Below are positions 48,348-58,025 of a stretch of 64,000 bases of DNA, piece after piece. Under the pieces are notes generated by a model. The model saw only the letters and a program-made list of their open reading frames with translations, was not told the origin of the DNA and did not search any database. The stretch covers positions 1-64,000 of IMG/VR virus record IMGVR_UViG_3300017717_002521. One strand, 5' to 3'. Each line of letters begins with the position of its first letter. Position 1 is the first letter of the stretch. Made by a program: the position numbers and the translations under genes. Source of the stretch: a virus.

Positions 48348-49160
48348 ATGAAGATAACTCATAGATTTAACCACTATACAGCTCATGAAGCTAATAAGAC
48401 TCTTAAATGGGTACCTAACGATTTAGAAGAACTTTTTAAAGAAAGGCTAAAAAATGAACCTACAAATCCTAGTCTTAATTATTATTTAAAAAATCCTATA
48501 ATTTATAAACTAAATAATTATGGATTTAGAAGTCCTGTTGATTATGTTGAAGGAATAGAAGGTAATGTATTTTTAGGGTGCAGCCATACTTTTGGTATAG
48601 GGCATCATCTGGAGAATACTTGGTCTTGGAAGCTTAATGAGTATGTTGGGGGTAATTTTATAAATTTATCAGTCGGTGGTACCGGTATCGGAACTGGGTT
48701 TCGCTTATTATATGGGATGAAGGATATAGTAAAGCCAAAAAATGTTTTTCTATTCTACCCTCATGTATATAGATATGAATATTTTGATCAGCGTTATCAA
48801 ACTTGGGCTAATGTGTGTATCACTCAACTTTATAAAATAGAAACGAGAAATAAAAAATTTCTTTTAGAACAGAACAATGCTGAGATGTTTTATTATTTAC
48901 ATTATACTGCTATTAAAAATTTATGTTATGAATTAGACATTCCTCTCTATAATGTTACCGAGTTTAATAAGTTCTGGGAAGATCCAGATGAAAATTCTCC
49001 TTTACCGCTTTGTGCAAGAGATGATCACCCTAATCCCAAGTTTCATGTTAATGTTTTTGAAAAATTTAAACAAATTTATGATAATAAAATAAACATTTAT
49101 AAAAGACCTGAAGAATTATGTGATTTAAAATATAACAAAGGACTAAAGCCAATTTTGTAA
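48348..49160 (+). CDS. SGNH/GDSL-like hypothetical protein
   Basis: LNNYGFRS, FLGCSHTFGIG, INLSVGG, DDHP. Confidence 0.55.
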   Translation: MKITHRFNHYTAHEANKTLKWVPNDLEELFKERLKNEPTNPSLNYYLKNPIIYKLNNYGFRSPVDYVEGIEGNVFLGCSHTFGIGHHLENTWSWKLNEYVGGNFINLSVGGTGIGTGFRLLYGMKDIVKPKNVFLFYPHVYRYEYFDQRYQTWANVCITQLYKIETRNKKFLLEQNNAEMFYYLHYTAIKNLCYELDIPLYNVTEFNKFWEDPDENSPLPLCARDDHPNPKFHVNVFEKFKQIYDNKINIYKRPEELCDLKYNKGLKPIL

Positions 49161-49185
49161 TTCATTTAAAAGTTCGTATATTAAT

Positions 49186-49218
49186 AGAACATTAAGGCAA
49201 GTTCAAGAGAACATTAAG
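49186..49218 (+). repeat. 11-nt direct repeat AGAACATTAAG twice, 22 nt apart
   Basis: Copies at 49186-49196 and 49208-49218 in an intergenic region. Confidence 0.6.
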
Positions 49219-49251
49219 AACTACCTATTTATTAATATAAAAACATCCAAT

Positions 49252-49461
49252 ATGAAGAGAGCGCTAATACTAGGCTTGCTGTTATTCGGGATGAATGCAC
49301 AAGCCCATATCGGTAAAAGCGATAACAAACTGGAGCTACAAAAGAAAGCAGTTTATTTCGAGATTAAAGCTCAACTCGCGGCCGGTGTGATTACATTAGA
49401 AGAGGCACAACGCCTCTGGAAGATTAAAGTTAAACATTTAAGGAAAGAAGAGGCTATTTAA
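49252..49461 (+). CDS. Small exported protein
   Basis: Signal peptide MKRALILGLLLFGMNAQA; followed by a terminator. Confidence 0.6.
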   Translation: MKRALILGLLLFGMNAQAHIGKSDNKLELQKKAVYFEIKAQLAAGVITLEEAQRLWKIKVKHLRKEEAI

Positions 49462-49475
49462 GCCTCTTTTTTTTT
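49448..49475 (+). terminator. Intrinsic terminator
   Basis: AAGAGGCT-ATTTA-AGCCTCTT followed by a T-run. Confidence 0.75.
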
Positions 49476-49497
49476 CTCATATTTATTATAAAGAGTT

Positions 49498-50565
49498 ATG
49501 GGTATTCTAGAGGACTTAAGGTGGATAGATATACCACCTAGTAATCTGTTTATTATTTCCGGTATAATTGACTTTTCTCGTCCATCAGATCATTGGTATA
49601 AAGAGTTTCAAAAGAATAAGTCTTCAATAAGAAGTAGTAAATATATAAATAATTTAAAGCAACTTATATTACAAGGTACAAAAATTATTCTAGATTGTAC
49701 AATGGAGGGTTCTTTAATCAAAGATGATATAAGAGAGTATATAGGAATACTCACCAAACACAGAGTTGACTTTAATAGTATTTTTTTAGCATTTAATAAT
49801 TCATATTTATCTTCTAGTAATATTATTTCATACAGTGGATACAATATTAAATGTGTTTACTTTCCTCATTTTTTTATTTCTACTTTATTTGAATTTCAAA
49901 AACATATTAAACCTATGTCTTCAGATAATCCTTCATATGACTTTTTATGTCTTAATCGTAGAATGAGAATAGGAAAGTATTTACTACTTAAAGAACTTAA
50001 AGAAAGAAATTTGTTGGAAAAAACACTTTATACTTATGTAAAGACTCTTGTAGAATCTGATGTTGATGGTTCAGTTTCTAAAAATCAATTGGAAGGAGAT
50101 AAAGAATATGGAGAGCATATTTCTGAAGACGATGAAAATTTTTTATATTGGCTTAATACAGACTGGTATTCTGATACAAAAGTAGATATAGTTAACGAAA
50201 CATATTATTTAGAAGATGACCAATGTCATTTAACTGAAAAGATATTCAAACCTATGATGTTAGAAAAACCTTTTGTAGTTAATGGTACTAAAGGGTATTT
50301 GAAAGAACTTAAAAGATTAGGGTTTAAAACTTTTTCTGACGTTATCGATGAATCATATGATGATGCTAGTAATGAAATAAGATATAAATTAGTAGTAGAC
50401 GCTGCAATTGAACTTGCTGGTAAATATAATACTGATAAAGTTAAACAGATATGTAAATACAATAAAAAACTTTTTTTCAATATTTCTCATAAAAAAGATA
50501 TAGTAAAAAAATTATTTATTTCTCAATTAAAAACTGATGGACTACTTCAACCTAAACAGATATAA
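49498..50565 (+). CDS. Putative glycosyltransferase-like phage protein
   Basis: FLCLNRR, IVNET, LTEKIFKP, GFKTF..IDESYD pattern common in phage glycan clusters. Confidence 0.55.
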   Translation: MGILEDLRWIDIPPSNLFIISGIIDFSRPSDHWYKEFQKNKSSIRSSKYINNLKQLILQGTKIILDCTMEGSLIKDDIREYIGILTKHRVDFNSIFLAFNNSYLSSSNIISYSGYNIKCVYFPHFFISTLFEFQKHIKPMSSDNPSYDFLCLNRRMRIGKYLLLKELKERNLLEKTLYTYVKTLVESDVDGSVSKNQLEGDKEYGEHISEDDENFLYWLNTDWYSDTKVDIVNETYYLEDDQCHLTEKIFKPMMLEKPFVVNGTKGYLKELKRLGFKTFSDVIDESYDDASNEIRYKLVVDAAIELAGKYNTDKVKQICKYNKKLFFNISHKKDIVKKLFISQLKTDGLLQPKQI

Positions 50566-50597
50566 GTTTGTATATTGATTTTTTTTTCCTATATTAA
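50565..50597 (+). promoter_or_regulatory. -33/-7 promoter (AGTTTG-N19-TATATTAA)
   Basis: Recurrent motif. Confidence 0.6.
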
Positions 50598-50600
50598 GAT

Positions 50601-51170
50601 ATGGACGTTATAGAATATGGTGGGCTGTTAAATAAAGCATTTTGTGATTTACTTATAGAAAAAGCTAAACCTAAAATGTTCCAAGCCGATGTAATCGGTG
50701 AAACAAAAGATAATAGAATAGCTTCTAACTGTTGGTTTGATAATAATGAATTCCCAGAACTGCATCACCTTAAAGAATGGATTGCTGGTACAACTTCAAC
50801 ACCAATTGAAAATCAAGAAAACGGGACAGTTGTAAGGTATGATGTAGGAGGTAAATATGAAGCTCATTTTGATTACTTTGATAGTAGTGTTCCTGCTCAA
50901 GCTGAAGAATTTAAAAACGGCGGCAATAGAGTGTGGTCCTTTTTAGTATATTTAAATGATGACTATGAAGGGGGTAGTACTTTTTTTCCTGAACATGATT
51001 TAAATGTACAACCTGATATGGGGAAAGGAGTATTATGGAGAAATACTTTAGACGGAGCTTTATTAGAAGAATCAATACATGCAGGTAATCCTGTAACTAA
51101 AGGAACTAAATGGATTTTTATCACTTGGATACGAGAAAGTAAATTTTATAATGAAACCGAAAATCCCTAA
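50601..51170 (+). CDS. Prolyl 4-hydroxylase-like 2OG-Fe(II) oxygenase
   Basis: RYDVGGKYEAHFDYF, GGNRVWSFLVYLND, GGSTFFP, HAGNPVTKGTKW. Confidence 0.85.
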   Translation: MDVIEYGGLLNKAFCDLLIEKAKPKMFQADVIGETKDNRIASNCWFDNNEFPELHHLKEWIAGTTSTPIENQENGTVVRYDVGGKYEAHFDYFDSSVPAQAEEFKNGGNRVWSFLVYLNDDYEGGSTFFPEHDLNVQPDMGKGVLWRNTLDGALLEESIHAGNPVTKGTKWIFITWIRESKFYNETENP

Positions 51171-51407
51171 ATTATCGAATGAAGTATTACGTTCCATATG
51201 GGAAGCATCTAGGCATACAGTAGAAAAAAATAAGAAGAAATATACACGCAAAAATAAACATAAAAAAAATGAGTGATTCAATTAAAAAGTGGCATGAAAT
51301 GCAAGAGGATAAACACTTAAGAGAGAAAGCAGAAATTAAAAAGAAAGCATATAGATTGCTAACTGAGTATGATGCTGAAACTATTCGAGTAGCTTCTAGA
51401 ATTTTAA

Positions 51408-52079
51408 ATGAAAAAGAATAAATATTGGCCTTTATCATCTAGAGTTAATAAATCGTTTAAAACATCCGGCTCAGACGATACAGGAATAAATACATATACT
51501 TATAATGAGTTAGGGTATCGAGGGGATTCTATATCTAAAAATATAGATATCTTATCTGTAGGTTGTTCTCATACTGAAGGCATAGGAGTTAATGATAATG
51601 AGACTTGGCCGCATTATGTAGCTGAAGCATTAAACATGACTCATATTAATATGGGCTTTACTGGTCGTTCTAATGACTATATTTCAAGAACAGTAACCTC
51701 TTATGTAAGACAGTTTAATCCTAAATATGTATTCGTTATGTACACATACCCCAGCCGTAGAGAGTACTGGACTGACGAAGGTCCTCAACCCTATGCTAGT
51801 CAACAGTGGGGATACTTTGAAGATAATCCCGATAAGTGGGATGCTTTTACAAAATTAAGTTCTGTTGAAAGTGACAAACATAACTTTATTAAGAATCATT
51901 TGATGGTTATGATGGCTTGTGAGTTAGCTAGTACTACTCTTATATGGAATGGTTCTTTTACTGGGTATGAATATAAAGATAGTAAAAGGTTTGACGGAGA
52001 GTATAATGTAGAATACGGTAAACATGCAACTGCAGAACAAAATAAAAAATACGCTACTAATCTAGTTGGATACCTGTAA
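51408..52079 (+). CDS. SGNH/GDSL-like hypothetical protein
   Basis: YNELGYRG, VGCSHTEGIG, NMGFTGRSND, GKHA. Confidence 0.55.
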   Translation: MKKNKYWPLSSRVNKSFKTSGSDDTGINTYTYNELGYRGDSISKNIDILSVGCSHTEGIGVNDNETWPHYVAEALNMTHINMGFTGRSNDYISRTVTSYVRQFNPKYVFVMYTYPSRREYWTDEGPQPYASQQWGYFEDNPDKWDAFTKLSSVESDKHNFIKNHLMVMMACELASTTLIWNGSFTGYEYKDSKRFDGEYNVEYGKHATAEQNKKYATNLVGYL

Positions 52080-52096
52080 GATTTTTCTTATATTTA
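52064..52096 (+). promoter_or_regulatory. -33/-7 promoter (AGTTGG-N19-TATATTTA)
   Basis: Recurrent motif; implies the next gene starts at 52102. Confidence 0.65.
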
Positions 52097-52101
52097 ATTA
52101 T

Positions 52102-52626
52102 ATGAATAAACTTCCTTACATTCCTAAAGAATCTCGTAAGTCGATAGAAAAAGAACTTAAGAAGAGGTATTTTAAAAAACCTTATGATAGGTTTATGTGG
52201 TGGAGAAGCTATACTCTTAAGAATAAACCTTTAAATAAAAAATCACCTTTCAGAGATAAAATACTAAATGGTGATTTCGATCATGGTCCTTACTTATGGG
52301 AAATAGAATTAGCTAAACATACTATCAACGAAAAATATTTAAATAGTATTACAAGTAATGGAGAACCTGATCATGGAGTCTTTACTGCTGAAACCTCAGT
52401 AGATAGAGCCAGAATAAAAAGGCTTAACGAGGATTATGAAAAAGATGAAAGAGGCAAATTAGAAGAGATAAAGAAAGGTTTTTTGTTAAATATAAAAATT
52501 AATTCTAAACAGTATGAAAAAGAAGTTACCAATACTGGAGCAAAAGATTTGATCACTTTCTACGATAGAATGTGCGATAGGTACGGTACATACTGGAAAC
52601 CTTTATCTACTGTTAGTAAAACATAG
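52102..52626 (+). CDS. Hypothetical phage protein
   Basis: MNKLPYIP start after the promoter; YDRFMWWR and NGDFD motifs. Confidence 0.55.
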   Translation: MNKLPYIPKESRKSIEKELKKRYFKKPYDRFMWWRSYTLKNKPLNKKSPFRDKILNGDFDHGPYLWEIELAKHTINEKYLNSITSNGEPDHGVFTAETSVDRARIKRLNEDYEKDERGKLEEIKKGFLLNIKINSKQYEKEVTNTGAKDLITFYDRMCDRYGTYWKPLSTVSKT

Positions 52627-52666
52627 ATATTTATATATATTAACGTTAATTAAAAACAAATTTTAA

Positions 52667-52957
52667 ATGAAGACAATTCTAATTATTGTACTGGTTTTAG
52701 CAGCGATTGCTGGAGCAGTATGGGTAGGTACGAAGTTTTTCGGACTTGCTAAAGATGACGACAAAGATGGTATTCCTGACGAGGTTGAGGATACTGTTAA
52801 AGAAGTCAAAAGAAGAGCTAAAAGAGTAAAAGAAGAGCTCGGAGATATTGCTGATGCAGCTAAAGATGTTATAGATCAAGCAGGCGATATAGGTGAAGCC
52901 GTAAAAGGTAAACCAAGAAAAGGACGTAAACCAAGAGCTAAAAAAGCTTCTAAGTAA
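52667..52957 (+). CDS. Membrane-anchored protein with DxDxDG motif and basic tail
   Basis: N-terminal TM, DDDKDGIPD, helical region, KPRKGRKPR. Confidence 0.55.
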   Translation: MKTILIIVLVLAAIAGAVWVGTKFFGLAKDDDKDGIPDEVEDTVKEVKRRAKRVKEELGDIADAAKDVIDQAGDIGEAVKGKPRKGRKPRAKKASK

Positions 52958-53178
52958 TGCAGGGTAATCCAAATGTCGATATATCACAAACTACTGCGGT
53001 TTTATGCGAAGAGTGCAACGGAACCTTCTTTGAACAAGCACTTGTTCTTAGGAGAGTCTCAGCCATTCTTACCGGAACAAGTAAGCCGGGATTTATTCCA
53101 ATCCCAGTCTTTAAATGTTCTGAATGCGGACACGTCAACGGAGAATTTATCCCAAAGGAAGTTCAATCCCTTGACTGA
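52957..53178 (+). CDS. Zinc-ribbon protein
   Basis: CEEC...CSECGH. Confidence 0.65.
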   Translation: MQGNPNVDISQTTAVLCEECNGTFFEQALVLRRVSAILTGTSKPGFIPIPVFKCSECGHVNGEFIPKEVQSLD

Positions 53179-53207
53179 TACTCATTCAGGTTTACATGAT
53201 TATGAAT

Positions 53208-53236
53208 AACGGGGTCCAAGTGACCCTGTTTTTTTT
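53208..53236 (+). terminator. Intrinsic terminator
   Basis: AACGGGGTC-CAAGT-GACCCTGTT followed by a T-run. Confidence 0.8.
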
Positions 53237-53304
53237 GCCTATTTATTAAATGCAATTGCCAAAGTTCGGACAGTTTTCTTATGTCTAATTAAACTTTAAA
53301 TCAC

Positions 53305-53544
53305 ATGAACATTTTGGAAACCGTTAGCTCTTGGGCTAACAAATTAACAGAAGTAGGAGTAAGTGTCATTGCTCTCGGTATAGTACTTGAAGTACTTTTC
53401 AAAGGAGCAGTAATTCCATTCTGGCCTGAAGTTTCAGTAATTGACAATGTAATGGGAATCATAGGTTCCCTAAGTAATGAAGGACTACTAGGTTTAGTAG
53501 GTGCTTTTGTACTTTATCATATTTTAAAGAAAAAAGCAGTTTAA
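53305..53544 (+). CDS. Small hydrophobic membrane protein, monocistronic
   Basis: 79 aa with LTEVG..LG..LE.LF and EGLLGLVG; bounded by terminators. Confidence 0.65.
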   Translation: MNILETVSSWANKLTEVGVSVIALGIVLEVLFKGAVIPFWPEVSVIDNVMGIIGSLSNEGLLGLVGAFVLYHILKKKAV

Positions 53545-53550
53545 TAAATT

Positions 53551-53576
53551 AAGGGGCCTTCGGGCCCTTTTTTTTT
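53551..53576 (+). terminator. Intrinsic terminator
   Basis: GGGCC-TTCG-GGCCC followed by a T-run. Confidence 0.85.
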
Positions 53577-53693
53577 GTTTCTTACTGTATTTTTTTACTT
53601 TTAATACCATATTTATTTACGAAGGTTTTATATAACTGTTTTACAATCGTCTTGTAAATGTTAACATAACGGTTGCGCAATAAATCGCAGTAT

Positions 53694-54164
53694 ATGAAAC
53701 TTTTACTCTTTTTGTATAGTCTCCTATTAAGCTTAACTCTAGTAGCACAAGAAGTTAAGATAGGAAATGTAGAAAATAAGATCTTACTTGGCAACTTAGC
53801 CGGTAACAGAGATCTTGCGTTTGGAGTACAGAATGTACTTGAAGAAGTAATTCAAGACGCAGGATATGATCTTAATCCAAAGAGTTCTACTGAAATTACT
53901 GTCGATCTATTATTTTTTGACGTTAAAAAAAGTAACGTTCAACTAGCTGTATATAGTAAAAATACTGACGTATATACTATTATAGCAAGAGCTACTTTAT
54001 TAAAAAAAGGTAAAAAGAAAAAACAGGTTACTGCTAAAGGCCAAGCTAAGTCTGTTTCGACTGCAACCTTAGTAGTAGATAAAGGAGGAAAATTTTCTCA
54101 AGCAAATGTTTCAACAGCAATAAAGAAATTATGTGAGCAATTGGTCACAAAATTAAAAATATGA
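53694..54164 (+). CDS. Exported hypothetical protein
   Basis: Likely start MKLLLFLYSLLLSLTLVAQ (signal peptide). Confidence 0.6.
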   Translation: MKLLLFLYSLLLSLTLVAQEVKIGNVENKILLGNLAGNRDLAFGVQNVLEEVIQDAGYDLNPKSSTEITVDLLFFDVKKSNVQLAVYSKNTDVYTIIARATLLKKGKKKKQVTAKGQAKSVSTATLVVDKGGKFSQANVSTAIKKLCEQLVTKLKI

Positions 54165-54232
54165 ATAGAATAAAACAATTTTTTCAAAAGATAGAAGACT
54201 TCTTAATGGAGCTCTACGGTATGGATAAGCAT

Positions 54233-55891
54233 ATGAAAAAAATCATATTGATTATTCTAATACCTTTCATTTCTTTTGGCCAAGATCTAGTATCATCTGA
54301 GGATGGTATTGATATTGATCTTGACTTTATAGGTACTACAGCAGGAAATGATAATTTATCTAAAGTACAAGTAAACGATACTATAATGGTAGGTATAGAT
54401 TTGAATAACCTATCAGATTATGAAATAACTTATATACATGTAGATATAGAATACAATACAGCAGCATTTTCATTAGTAGATCAAGAATGGGATATACCAG
54501 ATGGTGCTCAAGAATCATTATTTTCATGGACTAATACTAAATGGACCCCAGACCCAGACCACCCTGAAAGTAATTTATGGGCTCAGTGGAGCAATGGGGG
54601 AGGAAGTTATGGTCAGACAGATGGATGGAATGTAGATCACTGGCAGGCAGTATCTACCTCAGGGTTTGATGGTACTTATGTTACTATGTACTTTAAAGTT
54701 AAAGATGCAGACGTAGCAAATTTTGAAGAAGCCATAAATATAACAATGGCAAGAGCAGCTGATAATACTGGAGACCAAGAATACGTTTACCCTGTTGGAT
54801 CAGTTTTAGCATATCCTAATCAATATATAGAATTTGAACCTCTAGAAGATTTAGATAGTAATATTTACGTTAGAGTTGATTTTAATGAAAATATAGATCC
54901 TACTAAAGTAAAATTAGTAGTAAAAGAAATAGTAGAAGAAGACGAAACTATAGTAGGTACTATGGTATTAGATCAAAACGGTGATGCTAATATTACAGAG
55001 TTCATTACAAAAAGCGATGTAGATTATGCATACGAGTTTGTATGGAATGGTACTGAGGAAGAATTACAAGACCTAAAAGATCAAATAGTAACTATATCAG
55101 ATGTAGTAATAACATTAGAGGAAGCAGGAGAATTTGAGCATGGAGGAGTAGGAGAAGTATTTGGACCTATTCAATATATAACTGCTGATGTAGATCAGAA
55201 TCAAGAAATAACTGGTCAAGATGCCTTTATGTTATTAGCTCATGTATTAGAAGAAAGTAATTTATATTCTGAATATGATACCTTCGACGAATTTGCAGCA
55301 GTAATACCTGCTAAATTTTATGATAGTGTTAGTGTAGAGACTTTATTTGATGATAACTTTGGAGAAGACGAAGAGGAACCTGATATCGATTTTAGTGAAT
55401 CAACAATTGAATTAGAATTTAGATCAGCTATGTTCGGGGATGCTAACTTATCTCATTCAGTAGAACAAGATGATCAAGAAAATTTATCTTTATCTGCTAA
55501 AGGATATCAATACGGATTATCAGCTAGAGGTGAATCATTTATAGATGCTAACTATTCAGTTGCATTAGAGAGTGGTAATGTTGTTGCTACGTTGGAAGTA
55601 CTATCTGACGATACATCAGCACTACAATTAAAATTAGATTATGATAATACTAGAATATTATTTAAAGAAGTAGTATTCGATACTGGCAATACAACTACTA
55701 ATTTTGGTTCTGCTAAAAATGGTAGAGTAAATTTAGGTAGTATAAATTCAAATAGAGAAGCTATTCCTCGAAACTCTACTATAAAAGTAGTATTTGAAGG
55801 TAACGTTAGCTCTACAGTTGGATTAGTAAACATTTTTAACACTGACGCAGCAAGCATATCAGGATTACAACAAATATTAAGACTAAAATAA
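54233..55891 (+). CDS. Exported acidic protein with cohesin-like and dockerin/EF-hand-like segments
   Basis: Signal MKKIILIILIPFISFGQ; ADVDQNQEITGQDA; GDANLSHS; LQLKLDYDNTRILFKEV. Confidence 0.55.
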   Translation: MKKIILIILIPFISFGQDLVSSEDGIDIDLDFIGTTAGNDNLSKVQVNDTIMVGIDLNNLSDYEITYIHVDIEYNTAAFSLVDQEWDIPDGAQESLFSWTNTKWTPDPDHPESNLWAQWSNGGGSYGQTDGWNVDHWQAVSTSGFDGTYVTMYFKVKDADVANFEEAINITMARAADNTGDQEYVYPVGSVLAYPNQYIEFEPLEDLDSNIYVRVDFNENIDPTKVKLVVKEIVEEDETIVGTMVLDQNGDANITEFITKSDVDYAYEFVWNGTEEELQDLKDQIVTISDVVITLEEAGEFEHGGVGEVFGPIQYITADVDQNQEITGQDAFMLLAHVLEESNLYSEYDTFDEFAAVIPAKFYDSVSVETLFDDNFGEDEEEPDIDFSESTIELEFRSAMFGDANLSHSVEQDDQENLSLSAKGYQYGLSARGESFIDANYSVALESGNVVATLEVLSDDTSALQLKLDYDNTRILFKEVVFDTGNTTTNFGSAKNGRVNLGSINSNREAIPRNSTIKVVFEGNVSSTVGLVNIFNTDAASISGLQQILRLK

Positions 55892-56268
55892 TGAGCTATA
55901 ATTTTCAGAAATGGTATTACTTTTGGTTGTTCGTTCTATTTTTAGCATGTGCTCGAGATGACGAATATATTACTTATAGTACTAATTACGATACAAGACT
56001 TGAGATAGCTGATCTCGAAGGATTACAATTTAAAAATAGTAACATTACTGATGGTACTAAATTTAATTTTAAGACTCAAACAGCTGGAGACTATACTTTA
56101 GAAATAAGAGATCATTTTAAAACTCTCATATCTAAAAGTATTATTACCGCACAAGTAGGAGATAACGTATTAAATTTTTATACGAAGGCGCTTCAAGACG
56201 GAGATTATTATATATCGATTCACAGTAAATTCAAAAAAGTCCAAGAGACTAAAATGACAATCCAATGA
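55891..56268 (+). CDS. Lipoprotein with beta-sandwich domain
   Basis: Lipobox FLAC; C-terminus LQDGDYYISI...KMTIQ resembles a T9SS sorting domain. Confidence 0.5.
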   Translation: MSYNFQKWYYFWLFVLFLACARDDEYITYSTNYDTRLEIADLEGLQFKNSNITDGTKFNFKTQTAGDYTLEIRDHFKTLISKSIITAQVGDNVLNFYTKALQDGDYYISIHSKFKKVQETKMTIQ

Positions 56269-56744
56269 AAAAACTTATATTCGCAGTATTAAGTTTTATT
56301 TTAGTTGCGTGTTCTAATCAATCTATTGAAGACGGATTAGATGATTTAAATGCTAGACTAGTAGAACTAGAGCAAGAAATAGTCGCTTTTGATGCACAAT
56401 CTTTACTAAGTGACATTAGTGAAATTGCTGATCAAGTAGCAGCTTTTGAAGCTCAAAATGAAGAAAACCAAGCTACTATTGCTGAAGTAATGGCTACGTT
56501 AGATTCGTTAAACTTACAGTTAGCTGAGATAAATGAAGCAATCGAGGCAGCTGGTACCATGGAGCAAATTCAAGCTATCAAAGTAAAATTGCAGGAAGTA
56601 AACGAAGGAATCGCTTTACTAGTATTTGCTTCAGATTATGATCTAGATGGGATTATAAATGGGTTAGATCAATGCCCTAATACTCCTATAACTGAAATAA
56701 GTCTGATAGATACTAACGGATGTGGTCCATCTGAAATAGACTAA
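56265..56744 (+). CDS. Coiled-coil lipoprotein with thrombospondin type 3-like Ca-binding repeat
   Basis: Lipobox LVAC; DYDLDGIINGLDQCPNTP...DTNGC. Confidence 0.65.
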   Translation: MKKLIFAVLSFILVACSNQSIEDGLDDLNARLVELEQEIVAFDAQSLLSDISEIADQVAAFEAQNEENQATIAEVMATLDSLNLQLAEINEAIEAAGTMEQIQAIKVKLQEVNEGIALLVFASDYDLDGIINGLDQCPNTPITEISLIDTNGCGPSEID

Positions 56745-56746
56745 TT

Positions 56747-57004
56747 ATGAATGACATTAAAAAAGCAATTATTGGAGTTATCACTCTAGCTATCACAACA
56801 GGAGGGGGATTATTGATTAAGAGCCTTTTTGAAGGAGATAAAGAAGAAGTAGTGAAAGAAGTAACTACCCCAGCTCCAACTAATGTCATTATTAATATAC
56901 CTCAGCAAGAAGTAAAAAAAGATACCATAGTAAAGAAGGTATATGTTAAACCTAAACCCAAACTATCTGAAACTGAAAAAAGAAAGAAGAAGATAGATTG
57001 GTAG
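56747..57004 (+). CDS. Membrane-anchored hypothetical protein
   Basis: N-terminal TM and Pro/Lys-rich tail. Confidence 0.5.
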   Translation: MNDIKKAIIGVITLAITTGGGLLIKSLFEGDKEEVVKEVTTPAPTNVIINIPQQEVKKDTIVKKVYVKPKPKLSETEKRKKKIDW

Positions 57005-57016
57005 TTATATCGCAGT

Positions 57017-57052
57017 AAAAAAAAGAGACCGAAGGCGGCAACCCTCGATCTC
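57017..57052 (-). terminator. Intrinsic terminator on the minus strand
   Basis: Minus strand GAGAUCGAGGG-UUGCCG-CCUUCGGUCUC-U8; 11 bp with two G-U pairs that are mismatches on the + strand. Confidence 0.75.
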
Positions 57053-57063
57053 CGGTAAATAAA

Positions 57064-57309
57064 ATGAATTTAGTAACTTTTAAAACAAAAACAATGAACA
57101 ATTACATTAACCCATTTCTTATAATTAAAGAAGAATTATCCGAAGCGACAACTATTTCGCAAAAAAGTTTAGTAATTTTTGTATCTTTATGGGCAGCAAT
57201 GCTTTCTACATTAGTAGTTAGCGGTGTTACCTTTATAATTTATGAATTAATTACTAGTCCTTCAACATTTTCTAACGCAACTTGGGGTATTTTCGATACC
57301 CTTGGGTAA
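57064..57309 (+). CDS. Small single-TM protein (start 57064 or 57094)
   Basis: Long hydrophobic segment; C-terminus NATWGIFDTLG. Confidence 0.55.
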   Translation: MNLVTFKTKTMNNYINPFLIIKEELSEATTISQKSLVIFVSLWAAMLSTLVVSGVTFIIYELITSPSTFSNATWGIFDTLG

Positions 57310-58018
57310 AAAAGTATTAGCTCTACTATTATTAGTAAGTAGCTATACCTCAGCTCAAGTTATTGGTAAGACAACCACAGAGGATTATCAAGCGGATTTC
57401 GAGAAAAGAACCTCAATTCTTTCGATCCCTGAATACAATGGTGATCCTGTACCAGTTGCATTACTCAATATAGGTGTTACAGAAGATGTATTAACTCAAT
57501 ACCCAGAACTCAGAGATAATAGAGTAGGCTTAGGTCTAACTAATATAACTGTAGCTTTCTTAGACGAAACATGGAGATTTGAGTTTGTAGAGACTAGAGA
57601 TGCTATTAAAGACCGTATGGTAAAACAATACGAAGCATCTCAAAAAGGTTTTACAGCTAATCAGACAGATATCATGGGCAAGATTACTCTTGCTAAATAC
57701 TTCATTTATGTAGAAGTGTATGACTATTCTGTATCTGAAGATGAAACGGTAAACTTAAAAGATGGAGTAAAAAATACTTTAGTAACTCGATTAGGTTTAC
57801 AAATTAGAGCAGTAGATGCCGAATCAGGACTTTATATGACAGGTTCTGGATTAGGTAAAGCTGTTACTACTAGAGAACTTACCTTATCAAACTCAGACAA
57901 CTTAGACGAAGTAAAGTTTAACGGATCTTCAATTGGTGTAACTACTAGAAAGGCTTTAGAGACTGCTGTAGCTAAGATTGTCAAAAGAATGATACGAAAG
58001 GGTATATTTGATCATTAA
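57302..58018 (+). CDS. CsgG/HfaB-like exported protein
   Basis: Signal peptide; RFEFVE.R, AKYFIYVEVYDYSVSE, GLQIRAVDAESG, ALETAV pattern. Confidence 0.6.
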   Translation: MGKKVLALLLLVSSYTSAQVIGKTTTEDYQADFEKRTSILSIPEYNGDPVPVALLNIGVTEDVLTQYPELRDNRVGLGLTNITVAFLDETWRFEFVETRDAIKDRMVKQYEASQKGFTANQTDIMGKITLAKYFIYVEVYDYSVSEDETVNLKDGVKNTLVTRLGLQIRAVDAESGLYMTGSGLGKAVTTRELTLSNSDNLDEVKFNGSSIGVTTRKALETAVAKIVKRMIRKGIFDH

Positions 58019-58025
58019 GTAGGTT

